DNA of 64,000 nucleotides, taken from positions 6,334 to 70,333 of IMG/VR virus record IMGVR_UViG_3300047472_000281; one strand, given 5' to 3'. Below, piece after piece: positions 46,923 through 54,510 of the stretch. This DNA comes from a virus. The notes beneath the pieces are model-generated. The model saw only the letters and a list, made by a program, of their open reading frames with translations. It did not search any database and was not told the origin of the DNA. The stretch's first letter is position 1. Every line of letters begins with the position of its first letter. Both the position numbers and the translations under genes were made by a program.

Positions 46923-48116
46923 CTAGGCGGCCAGACGCAGCGCCACGGCTCGCGGGGCGTCCAGCGTGACGCAGGTCCCGTCACTCGCGGTGAGGCGGAA
47001 GGCGAAGCCCCCGGCCAGGCGCCGGGCGGTGTAGCGGACTAGGCCGCCCTCCGGCGCCGTGGCGTGGCGCTCGACCAGCAACAGCAAGGCGCGGGCCTTG
47101 TGCTTCGCCTCGGTCGATGCGCGTTCGAAGGCCGCGACGATTCCCGCCAGATCGAAGACGACGGCCGCTCCGTCGAGGTCATGCATGTTGGTCGGCGCCG
47201 TGGCTCCAGGAACGGCCGTCGCTTTGGCGACGATGACGGGCGGAAGTTCGAACGCTGCGACAGCGGCCGCACGGCGCGACGCCAGAAAATCGCATGCGCC
47301 GTCCGCGACGCGCAGATGGCCTGAGCCGTCCATTTCATAGGCGATGCCGGGGCTATGGGCTCGGCCTCGGAAGATGCGCCCGCCTTGGGCGGAAATCTCC
47401 GCCTCGCGCCAAAACAGGCGCGGCGGGACGATTCGGGCTTCGAGATTGGCCGCCTCATTGGCGTCGCCGGCGCCGTAGCGGCCGCCAGGGGGCGGCGTGA
47501 ACGTCTCGCCGGTGTTCTCGTCATAGATCGCCAACAGAGCGGCCATCGGACGCACACGGGCGAGGTGTTGCCAATCGGGCGAGTCGGCCATCACGCCACA
47601 CGACGTGCGAACCTGCATGGCGCGCAGCTCCACCCCGGCCATGGCCTCCAGCTGTCGGGCATACTCATGGCGAGCGCGGAGGCGGCGCAGCGTGTCGCCA
47701 GCCGCTAGGGCGGCCGCCCAGCGGGTCTGGGGCTTCCCGCCGTGATAGACGACGCCACAGACGCGGGTCGCCGTGCCATCGGCCCAGACGCACCAGAACG
47801 CGCCGGTGGCGGCCTTGTTGCGGGGAGGGCGGGAAAACAGCGCGGCTAAGTCATCCTCGACCCTCTCAGCCCGCGCCGTGCGCTTCTTGGCGGCTACGGG
47901 AGCGGCTTGCTCGCTGGGAGCGCCAAGGGCGGCCGAAAGAGGCGCGGAGGGGCGCAAGGTCGCACCGATGATGATTTGCCGCTGCAGGGCGCGGGCCAAG
48001 GCGTGCGCGGCGGCTTCATAGGCCGAGGCGGCGCCGGAAGTGCGCGCCAGGTCATAGAGCGCCAGGGCGGCTTGGGGGGAGGTGGCGCCCAGAGGGGCGG
48101 CTAGGGTGGCGATCAT
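46923..48116 (-). CDS. Ala-rich hypothetical protein (repeat-array gene)
   Basis: 397-aa ORF directly after repeat copy at 48123. Confidence 0.7.
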   Translation of the reverse strand: MIATLAAPLGATSPQAALALYDLARTSGAASAYEAAAHALARALQRQIIIGATLRPSAPLSAALGAPSEQAAPVAAKKRTARAERVEDDLAALFSRPPRNKAATGAFWCVWADGTATRVCGVVYHGGKPQTRWAAALAAGDTLRRLRARHEYARQLEAMAGVELRAMQVRTSCGVMADSPDWQHLARVRPMAALLAIYDENTGETFTPPPGGRYGAGDANEAANLEARIVPPRLFWREAEISAQGGRIFRGRAHSPGIAYEMDGSGHLRVADGACDFLASRRAAAVAAFELPPVIVAKATAVPGATAPTNMHDLDGAAVVFDLAGIVAAFERASTEAKHKARALLLLVERHATAPEGGLVRYTARRLAGGFAFRLTASDGTCVTLDAPRAVALRLAA

Positions 48117-48204
48117 TGGTCAGTTCCGTTTCAGGCCACGCCGCATGCGTGGCGGTTAGAACGTCGAGCCGTTCGGCGAGGCCCTGCAGCGCTAGGCGGA
48201 AAGG

Positions 48205-48594
48205 CTAGTTCAGGGCGGGCGGGTTCATGGGCCAAGTGGACCAATCTCCCGCGTCGCCGCTTTTGGCGTTGTCTCGGTCCTGCCAGGCGCGGGCGGCGTC
48301 CTCAGTAGGGAAGGGGCCAATCACAGGCGTCAGCAGTTCGGGTCTGAAGACAACCCAACCAGCGGCGGCTTCTTGGAACACAAACACATATCCCTTGATG
48401 GTCTCGCCGCCGACCAGCTCGCCCGGGCCGCAATAGCGCTCAGCGAGGGCTTTGGCCGCGGCCATGTGATTAGCGCTCTGCGAAAGGTTGTGATCGTAGG
48501 GCACAACGACGCGGCTATCCTGCTGGCGCGCCACGATGCGCGCGCTCTTGGTATTCGTCGCACCTAAAAAGCTGGTCTCAATCGCTGATCGCAT
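48205..48594 (-). CDS. Hypothetical phage protein, first gene of repeat array
   Basis: AIETSFLGATNTKSARI...NHMAAAKALA...KGYVFVF; ATG 48594 after repeat SD. Confidence 0.75.
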   Translation of the reverse strand: MRSAIETSFLGATNTKSARIVARQQDSRVVVPYDHNLSQSANHMAAAKALAERYCGPGELVGGETIKGYVFVFQEAAAGWVVFRPELLTPVIGPFPTEDAARAWQDRDNAKSGDAGDWSTWPMNPPALN

Positions 48595-48742
48595 TTGGTC
48601 GTTCCTTGCTGAACCACGCCGCATGCGTGGTCGGGATGTTGGCGCCATCCTGACTTCTCCGAGTTGGTGAGGTCAGAACCTCGAGCCTTTCATGATGCGC
48701 CTCGACCAAATGCGAGACGTCCAGGACGGCGCCGACAGCCGA

Positions 48743-48770
48743 AACATAGGCGCGGGCGATGCTGCGTCAA
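48743..48770 (-). promoter_or_regulatory. Predicted sigma70-type promoter of the repeat array
   Basis: Minus-strand TTGACG-16 nt-TATGTT with A/T-rich upstream and near-inverted repeat TGCTGCG...CGTAGCA. Confidence 0.6.
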
Positions 48771-49001
48771 CAAGAAAATGCAGTGCGTAGCAAGTATTCA
48801 ACAGCTCAGGCTCCGGGCGCTGACGCGATAGCGCCCGGTAATGCAGTAACCGTCTGGTCACGCGGCGGGTCCTTCCTGCCGGGAATGAATATGCGGGGAA
48901 AAGACCCGCCGGTCTAAACTGAAAAATATTTAGAAACGATGGTGTAGTGTAGGGTGGATATTGTCGCGGAAAAATCCGGCGGCGCGGCGTCGTCGCCCTT
49001 G

Positions 49002-49039
49002 TGGAATATTCCAATGCGGCATATATTCCAGTCTGGAAT
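49002..49039. promoter_or_regulatory. Palindromic operator-like sites before XRE gene
   Basis: TGGAATATTCCA (49002-49013) and ATTCCAGTCTGGAAT (49025-49039). Confidence 0.6.
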
Positions 49040-49061
49040 TATCCAAGTTGGAGCAACGAAA

Positions 49062-49376
49062 ATGACCGACGTGAAGTATGAGGATTGGCGGCCGGCTCTG
49101 TCGCCTGAGGAGGAAGCCCAGGTCGCCGAAGGCGTAGTGGCGCTGAAGGCGCGTGTTTCCTTGCTGCGCACGCTGCGCGAGCGCATCGGTCTAACTCAGG
49201 CCGAATTGGCCGAAATCCTTGAGACCTCCCAGTCGAACGTCTCCAAGATCGAAGCAAAAGACGACCCATACGTCTCGACGCTCAGGAAAGTCATCGAGGC
49301 GAAGGGCGGAAAGCTGAAGGTGATCGCGACCTTCCCTGAGGGCGACATCGAGATTCCACTGTTCTTGTCGGTTTAG
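49062..49376 (+). CDS. XRE-family HTH protein (HigA antitoxin-like)
   Basis: LRTLRERIGLTQAELAEILETSQSNVSKIE...STLRKVIEAKGGKLKVIATFP. Confidence 0.85.
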   Translation: MTDVKYEDWRPALSPEEEAQVAEGVVALKARVSLLRTLRERIGLTQAELAEILETSQSNVSKIEAKDDPYVSTLRKVIEAKGGKLKVIATFPEGDIEIPLFLSV

Positions 49377-49382
49377 CCGGCG

Positions 49383-49649
49383 CTATCGGCGCCTACGCAG
49401 CGGCCGGGTCGGCGTGCCTGGCGATGGGCCGTAGTGAAAGATGACCTTGTGCCCGCAGCCTGGCGTGGGGCAGGTCGGGCTGCGATCGGACAGGTCGAAG
49501 CCCTCGCCGTATTTGGCGATGATCGCGTCGAGATCCACCGGCCGGAAGAACTGGCACTTTGCGCACATGACGTTGACGACGGCGGTCGACGCCTTGAGCG
49601 CGCCGACCGATTGCGCCCAGGTTGGCAGGTAGGCGGGGTTCTTTCCCAT
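49383..49649 (-). CDS. Small Zn-finger protein, likely SOS-regulated
   Basis: CAKC...CPTPGC; GGAG SD before ATG 49649; LexA box upstream. Confidence 0.7.
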   Translation of the reverse strand: MGKNPAYLPTWAQSVGALKASTAVVNVMCAKCQFFRPVDLDAIIAKYGEGFDLSDRSPTCPTPGCGHKVIFHYGPSPGTPTRPLRRRR

Positions 49650-49662
49650 GGTCAGCTCCAGC

Positions 49663-49677
49663 GAACGGAGCCGGAAC
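49663..49677. promoter_or_regulatory. Alphaproteobacterial LexA (SOS) box
   Basis: GAAC-GGAGCCG-GAAC, i.e. GTTC-N7-GTTC on the minus strand. Confidence 0.7.
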
Positions 49678-49681
49678 ATTA

Positions 49682-49931
49682 TTCGGGACTATTCCGGGAC
49701 TTCTAGTCCCGAACCACCCCTTTTTTCGCCATTTGTTCCCACTTTCGACCACGTTTGAAGTGGCCGTTTTTGGGAGAAAAGTGTAGTGAAAACAAAGAGA
49801 AAGGTGGTGCCGGATGAGGGGATTGAACCCCCGACCTTCGGTTTACAAAACCGCGCTGTGAAGTGGCGCAAAGCCAGGCTCAATAAGGTGTTGAAGGCTG
49901 CGGTCTCGGAGTGGTTCGGGAGTATTCCGGG
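49682..49931. other. attP: core is 3' half of tRNA-Thr(UGU) (49805-49854, minus strand) flanked by arm-type repeats
   Basis: Minus strand GCGGTTTTGTAAACCGAAGGTCGGGGGTTCAATCCCCTCATCCGGCACCA; TTCGGGASTATTCCGGG at 49682 and 49915; directly downstream of integrase. Confidence 0.9.
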
Positions 49932-49976
49932 GAAGTCTGCAAGCGCGGCGGGCCCAAAAAGGACCTCGGTGGGGCC

Positions 49977-51110
49977 TTAGCCCGTCGCCTGGCCGTCGTC
50001 GACCACCTGGGCGGCCGCTACCGGAGCCGCAACGACTTCGTCTTCCAGGGCCGAGCGGAGATCGCTGGAGAGCACGTGCGCGTAGCGCTGCGAACTCTGG
50101 ATCGTGGCGTGGCCCAGGAGCGCCTGGACGGCCTTCAGGTTCTTGGTGCGCTTCAGAACGGTCGAGCCGGCGTGGTGGCGCGCGCCGTGGATGCGTCGGG
50201 CGCCGGTGAGCCCCGCGGCGTCCGCCGCCTTGCTGACGCGGTATTCGATCTGGTTGTACGTGTAGCAGACCAGCTTCTTGCCCTGCTGGTGGAACCACAG
50301 GTGTTCGAGGCCGGCCTCGACGGCGCAGGAGTGGCGGGCGGCCAGGGCGCGGCCGTGGTCCAGGCGAAGGGGAATGACCAGCAGGACGTCGCGCTTGCGG
50401 CCCTTCTGCAGGGTCAGCGTCGGATCCTCGGGGTCGAGGTTCAGCGCCGAGGGCGGGAACAGCAGCTCGCCCAGGCGCAGGCCATAGGTCAGCAGCATGT
50501 CGACCGCGAGCGCCATGTCTTCCTCGGCCGCGGCGATCCATCCTGTCCGCTCGGCCGGACTGTAGAGCCGGCTCAGGCCGCGCGGCTCCCGCAGACGCAG
50601 GACGCGCCAGTCGATATCGGGCAGGCCATGCGGGGTCTCGGCCGGCGTCCAGTGCGTTCTGGCGCGGCGGAGGATCGGCCGGAGGGTTTCGATGACGTCC
50701 CGGTTCACGGTCGAGTTTGACGGCTGATAGACCAGCGCGTCGTCGGCATGGCCGCGCTTCAGCGTCTGTTTCTTCCGGTCTTCGATCGCGGTGGCGACGA
50801 TGTCCTGGCCGATCGAGCCCAGTGTTTTGTTCTTGCCGATCAGCGCCACCAGGTTGTGAACCCTGCGCTCGACATCGCGATTGTCGCCGCGATGGATGCC
50901 GACCTCTTCCCACCAACGGCCGGCGGCTATGTCCAAGGTCATCAGCGAGACCGCGCCCAACTGGCCGGTGGCGGCCGCCATGCGCTTCTTGGTCTCTACG
51001 GCCTCGGCTGCACGACGCGTAGCCTGACCGGTCGATCCATGAAACCGCGTCCCGCCGATGACGAAGTCGTACTGCCAGAAGCGGCTTTTGGTCGGTTTGT
51101 AGACGGACAC
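49977..51110 (-). CDS. Tyrosine integrase
   Basis: GLRLGE, HGARH, LGH, RYAH catalytic residues; N-terminal arm-binding region. Confidence 0.95.
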   Translation of the reverse strand: MSVYKPTKSRFWQYDFVIGGTRFHGSTGQATRRAAEAVETKKRMAAATGQLGAVSLMTLDIAAGRWWEEVGIHRGDNRDVERRVHNLVALIGKNKTLGSIGQDIVATAIEDRKKQTLKRGHADDALVYQPSNSTVNRDVIETLRPILRRARTHWTPAETPHGLPDIDWRVLRLREPRGLSRLYSPAERTGWIAAAEEDMALAVDMLLTYGLRLGELLFPPSALNLDPEDPTLTLQKGRKRDVLLVIPLRLDHGRALAARHSCAVEAGLEHLWFHQQGKKLVCYTYNQIEYRVSKAADAAGLTGARRIHGARHHAGSTVLKRTKNLKAVQALLGHATIQSSQRYAHVLSSDLRSALEDEVVAAPVAAAQVVDDGQATG

Positions 51111-51355
51111 TGCTCCGGCTCCTTGGGCTTCACGACTATCGGCGGCGGGTTGATCAGATAGGCCCGCAGCACCGCCTCGCTATAGGTCGGCCTGCTGCCA
51201 CGCGGGCACGCCTGGATGTCGCCAGACGCAGTCATCGCTCGCAACACCTTCACGTCAAGACCGATCAGCTTGGCGGCCGCCTTGGCAGTGATCGTCGCGC
51301 GGTCCGCGAACTCGACTTGGAATCGCGCTTCGGTGGCCGGACCGAGGAAGGTCAT
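50996..51355 (-). CDS. Putative excisionase (HTH)
   Basis: AKAAAKLIGLDVKVLRAM winged-helix-like; overlaps integrase 5' end. Confidence 0.7.
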   Translation of the reverse strand: MTFLGPATEARFQVEFADRATITAKAAAKLIGLDVKVLRAMTASGDIQACPRGSRPTYSEAVLRAYLINPPPIVVKPKEPEQCPSTNRPKAASGSTTSSSAGRGFMDRPVRLRVVQPRP

Positions 51356-51858
51356 GACGACCTTCCCGCAGGGACAAGAGCTGCGGCCAGGGCGGCTTCA
51401 GGCGTCGCGCCAGACCCGATCAAGGTCCACTCGCGGTCGTTCACGCCGCCATTGACCCGGTGAACGCACCAGCCGTCGTCGCCTTCGTCGGCCCTGTGAT
51501 AGTCGAAGCTGAGCTCGAAGTTCTTGTTCTCGCCGAGCCGCTTCAACAGGTCCATCTCCCCCAGAGCCGCAGGTGCGGGAGAGGCGTCGGAGTTAAGCCG
51601 GATATGGCCGGTGATGCCCGGCTCCTTCAAGCGCTCGGGGTGAGCCGCGCGGTAGGCCGAGAACTCGTCCAGGCGGTCCATCACGGCCTGTCGGTGGTGC
51701 GGGTGGCTCACCATGTCGAGATAGGCCATCAGCACGGCGATGGAGTGCTTGTCGCGAGCGCGAAACAGGATCACCGGCTCATCATCGGGGATCGCCTCGC
51801 CCGATACGCGGTTGACGAACCCGCCGTCTTCGAACTTGAACTTGCGGTCTTCAGCCAT
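51352..51858 (-). CDS. Hypothetical phage protein
   Basis: IPDDEPVILFRARD motif; coupled. Confidence 0.75.
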   Translation of the reverse strand: MAEDRKFKFEDGGFVNRVSGEAIPDDEPVILFRARDKHSIAVLMAYLDMVSHPHHRQAVMDRLDEFSAYRAAHPERLKEPGITGHIRLNSDASPAPAALGEMDLLKRLGENKNFELSFDYHRADEGDDGWCVHRVNGGVNDREWTLIGSGATPEAALAAALVPAGRSS

Positions 51859-52426
51859 GGGTCAGGACTCCGGTGCGGCTGTCGACGATCCCGACCGCGC
51901 AGGCCCGCCAGAGCAGAACGTCGACCGTGGCGACCTTGAAGCCGCTTTCGGCGGCCAGGCGCTCGCACAGGGCCTGCGCGGTGCAGCCGGCGTGGTCGGC
52001 AAGACGCTGAAGGTGGACATCGGGCTTGGCGACCTGCGCGCCGAAGTTCTTGGCCAGGTGATATTTGGTGATCTTGCCGATGTAAGGCAGGCCGCCGCAG
52101 AATTCGACGAGATCACCCGTGGTCTGAAGGGCGGCGTACAGTTGGTCGCGCTCCGCCCAGATCCTGTCGATCGCCTTGGCCTTGCCGACGTTGCGCAGGC
52201 CGTCGAACGCAGGCCGTCCGGCTTCTAGGGCGGTCATGACGCGGTCGTAAATCTTGCGCGCGGTGGCGAACTTCATGCCCCCGTTGCAGATGACAAAGAT
52301 CGCCTCTTGAGCGAAGTCCTCGGCGGTCGCTGGCATCGTGATCGCTTCCGACCAGGCGATGTCGTCTTCGCCCCATTCGGTGCAACGGAGGCGTTCGACC
52401 ATGATCTTGAAATCGGACGGGCTCAT
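51851..52426 (-). CDS. HhH-GPD DNA glycosylase-like protein
   Basis: LPYIGKIT HhH followed by KPDVHLQRL and VDVLLW; ATG 52426. Confidence 0.65.
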   Translation of the reverse strand: MSPSDFKIMVERLRCTEWGEDDIAWSEAITMPATAEDFAQEAIFVICNGGMKFATARKIYDRVMTALEAGRPAFDGLRNVGKAKAIDRIWAERDQLYAALQTTGDLVEFCGGLPYIGKITKYHLAKNFGAQVAKPDVHLQRLADHAGCTAQALCERLAAESGFKVATVDVLLWRACAVGIVDSRTGVLTHG

Positions 52427-53013
52427 CGCGTTGCTCCATCGGTAGCGGACCTCAGAACCGCGGTCGACAGAGCCAGCGGACCCAACAGGATCGAGCACGT
52501 GCCCGCGCCCCCCTCGACGCCGAAAGCCCAGTGGCTGAGGTTGAAGAATAGGGCGAGGCCCACGGGGTCCGACATTCTCCAGAACCAGAGCGTTCTCCAT
52601 GATCCCGGCGGGACCAGTTCGACGCGCGTCAGACCCGTTTCCAACCCGGTCGGCCTCGGATAGGTGGCCTCTACGGCCGTCAAAATCTGATCGGCTAGGC
52701 TGCGTTCGGAGGTGAACACCGGCGCGCCGGCGCCTGTGCCTTCCTCCGCGATCATGCGGGCGATCAAGTCGGCGACAGGCCGCTCAAACGGCACCTTGCA
52801 GTTCAAGCAGCGCGCGCCGTGAAGGATGGGCCGGTCATAGTTCGCCGGCACGGTCCAGGTTTCCGGCGTCTTGTGCAACGCGCTGATGCAGGTCGGACAG
52901 ATGATCCATCCGTCCCAATAGTGCCGCCACCCGGCGACCTCGGCCGCGCTAAGAGCCCGGCCGCGAACGGGGCTGAGTCCTAGAATTCCACCTTGTTGAA
53001 CCGCGTCGGTCAT
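52423..53013 (-). CDS. Hypothetical protein with CxxC motifs
   Basis: CPTC...CLNC; ATGA coupling. Confidence 0.6.
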   Translation of the reverse strand: MTDAVQQGGILGLSPVRGRALSAAEVAGWRHYWDGWIICPTCISALHKTPETWTVPANYDRPILHGARCLNCKVPFERPVADLIARMIAEEGTGAGAPVFTSERSLADQILTAVEATYPRPTGLETGLTRVELVPPGSWRTLWFWRMSDPVGLALFFNLSHWAFGVEGGAGTCSILLGPLALSTAVLRSATDGATR

Positions 53014-53591
53014 GCCGCCACCGCCTCGGCCCGCTCGGCGATGATCGCAGCAGTGAAGTGTGGCCAGATCTCAGACCAGAACCCCTCGGCTTGCGGGTCG
53101 TACTTCTCCCACTTGTCGTCGTAGAGGTCGTGTCGCGACATAAGGCAATTGGACTCGCTGTCCCATTGGGCGAGGAAGTGCTGGCAGTTAAAGGCGTCGC
53201 CCCGCGCGCTCTCGATCGCATCGAACAGCTGTCTGGCGTCGGCGCGCGTCAGACCATCATGGCGGCGCCGTTCAACCACCAAGCCGCGCGCCTTGTCCGC
53301 TGCCTCGCTAACGTCCAGCGGCGTCCAGAGCCGCAAGCCCATCATCTTCTTCATGGCGTAGTCGAAATCGAGGCTCGCCAGGAAGTCGCGCCAGTCGCCG
53401 CCGATGTGCGACCAACAAAAGCCGAACGATCCGTAATCGGAGATCACGCTGACGTTGACCCAGCGGCGCTCGCCGGAGGTCAGCTTGTCGTCCGTGACCA
53501 CGCCATGGTCGACATAGAGGTAAGCCCAGGCCCAACCGTTCCGGACGGTGTAGCGGGTGGCAGGTGAGGTGTTGACGGTCAGTTTGGTCAT
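53010..53591 (-). CDS. Hypothetical phage protein
   Basis: ISDYGSFGFCW...FW.EIWPHF; coupled. Confidence 0.75.
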   Translation of the reverse strand: MTKLTVNTSPATRYTVRNGWAWAYLYVDHGVVTDDKLTSGERRWVNVSVISDYGSFGFCWSHIGGDWRDFLASLDFDYAMKKMMGLRLWTPLDVSEAADKARGLVVERRRHDGLTRADARQLFDAIESARGDAFNCQHFLAQWDSESNCLMSRHDLYDDKWEKYDPQAEGFWSEIWPHFTAAIIAERAEAVAA

Positions 53592-54025
53592 GGCTGCACC
53601 AGATCATCAGGAACGTTGAACCAGCCCTGGCCGCCCTTCCAGGGGATCGGCGTGTCCAGGAGGCGTCGGTCTTCGCCGCGCCAGGCGAACCGGCCGTCTT
53701 CCCAGAGGCCGAAGATGCGATCGAGGTTGTGGGCTGGCGCGACGCCGGTCATCGGACCCATCTTTCGGCAGTCGGTTATGACGACCGAGCCTACCAAGGC
53801 GCCGAACGGCAGGGTCTTGCGCCATCTGGAGCCGAAAGCGCCCACGGCGGCGGCTTCGGCCTCCGCACCGATTATCGCCGGCGTCACGACGCGCTTGGCG
53901 GCATGGATCATGACCCGCTGGCCGATGATGGCCGGAGGACAAACCCAATGACGGGTCTCGTTGACCTTCAGTTCGTCGTGGAGATAGGCGCTGGCGTAGG
54001 GTTGCCAGAGGGAGATCGCCTTCAT
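53588..54025 (-). CDS. ASCH domain protein
   Basis: MKAISLWQPYAS, KxxETRxW, IHAAK, PIPWKGGQGWF. Confidence 0.9.
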   Translation of the reverse strand: MKAISLWQPYASAYLHDELKVNETRHWVCPPAIIGQRVMIHAAKRVVTPAIIGAEAEAAAVGAFGSRWRKTLPFGALVGSVVITDCRKMGPMTGVAPAHNLDRIFGLWEDGRFAWRGEDRRLLDTPIPWKGGQGWFNVPDDLVQP

Positions 54026-54510
54026 GACGTCACCTCCGGCGCCTTCAGGCGGATGTGATTGCCGTCGTTTTCGATCAGGAAGAGCGTGCGCAGGCCCTCG
54101 GCCTGTTCGGTTAGCAGACGCTGCATCTCGGACTCGCTTTCGATCTCCGAAATGCAGGAGATGACCTCGGAGATCGCGCGGCAGACCAAGAAGCGCCTGC
54201 CCGCGCGGCGGCGCCGCATCGCGCGGTCGCTCTCAAGGGCCTGTTCCCCTGCCGATTTGGGGTATGGGCCCCATAGGCCGTTCCCCTTCAGGTGATCCTG
54301 AAGGTCTTGGCAAAGGGCGTGGAACTGCGAACGGCCCAGCAGTGCTTCTAGGTCATCGCAGACCTTATCGTACCAGGGCTGGCGTTCAGCCGACCGACCG
54401 AGGCTGAACAGCCTCAGTCCCCAAGCCAGCTGATAAACCGGTGTCGCCGGCGCGCCGTAGCGGATCGCTGCGGCCATGACCGGGTGGCTGGTGCTATCGC
54501 GCGAGATCAT
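54022..54510 (-). CDS. Hypothetical protein
   Basis: GGAGG SD, ATG 54510, ATGA overlaps. Confidence 0.55.
   Translation of the reverse strand: MISRDSTSHPVMAAAIRYGAPATPVYQLAWGLRLFSLGRSAERQPWYDKVCDDLEALLGRSQFHALCQDLQDHLKGNGLWGPYPKSAGEQALESDRAMRRRRAGRRFLVCRAISEVISCISEIESESEMQRLLTEQAEGLRTLFLIENDGNHIRLKAPEVTS

Larger units (their letters stand above)
41492..48635 (-). repeat. Dispersed ~40-nt hairpin plus Shine-Dalgarno repeat before each gene (10 clear, 2 degenerate copies)
   Basis: Plus-strand GTTCCTT-N6/7-CCRCGC-CRCAT-GCGYGG...GCTGATTG at about 41492, 43100, 43612, 44851, 45140, 45992, 46398, 46849, 48123, 48601; partial at 41890 and 42155. Confidence 0.92.

Noticed and set aside
41492-48635. 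CRISPR array or integron interpretation of the repeats
   Set aside because: Inter-repeat segments are whole genes of 0.15-1.2 kb and no cas genes are present; the repeats lack consistent RYYYAAC/GTTRRRY attC boxes, and the integrase has its own tRNA attP
49805-49880. Complete tRNA-Thr gene
   Set aside because: The 5' acceptor strand and D-arm are absent; only the 3' half is present, as expected for an att core
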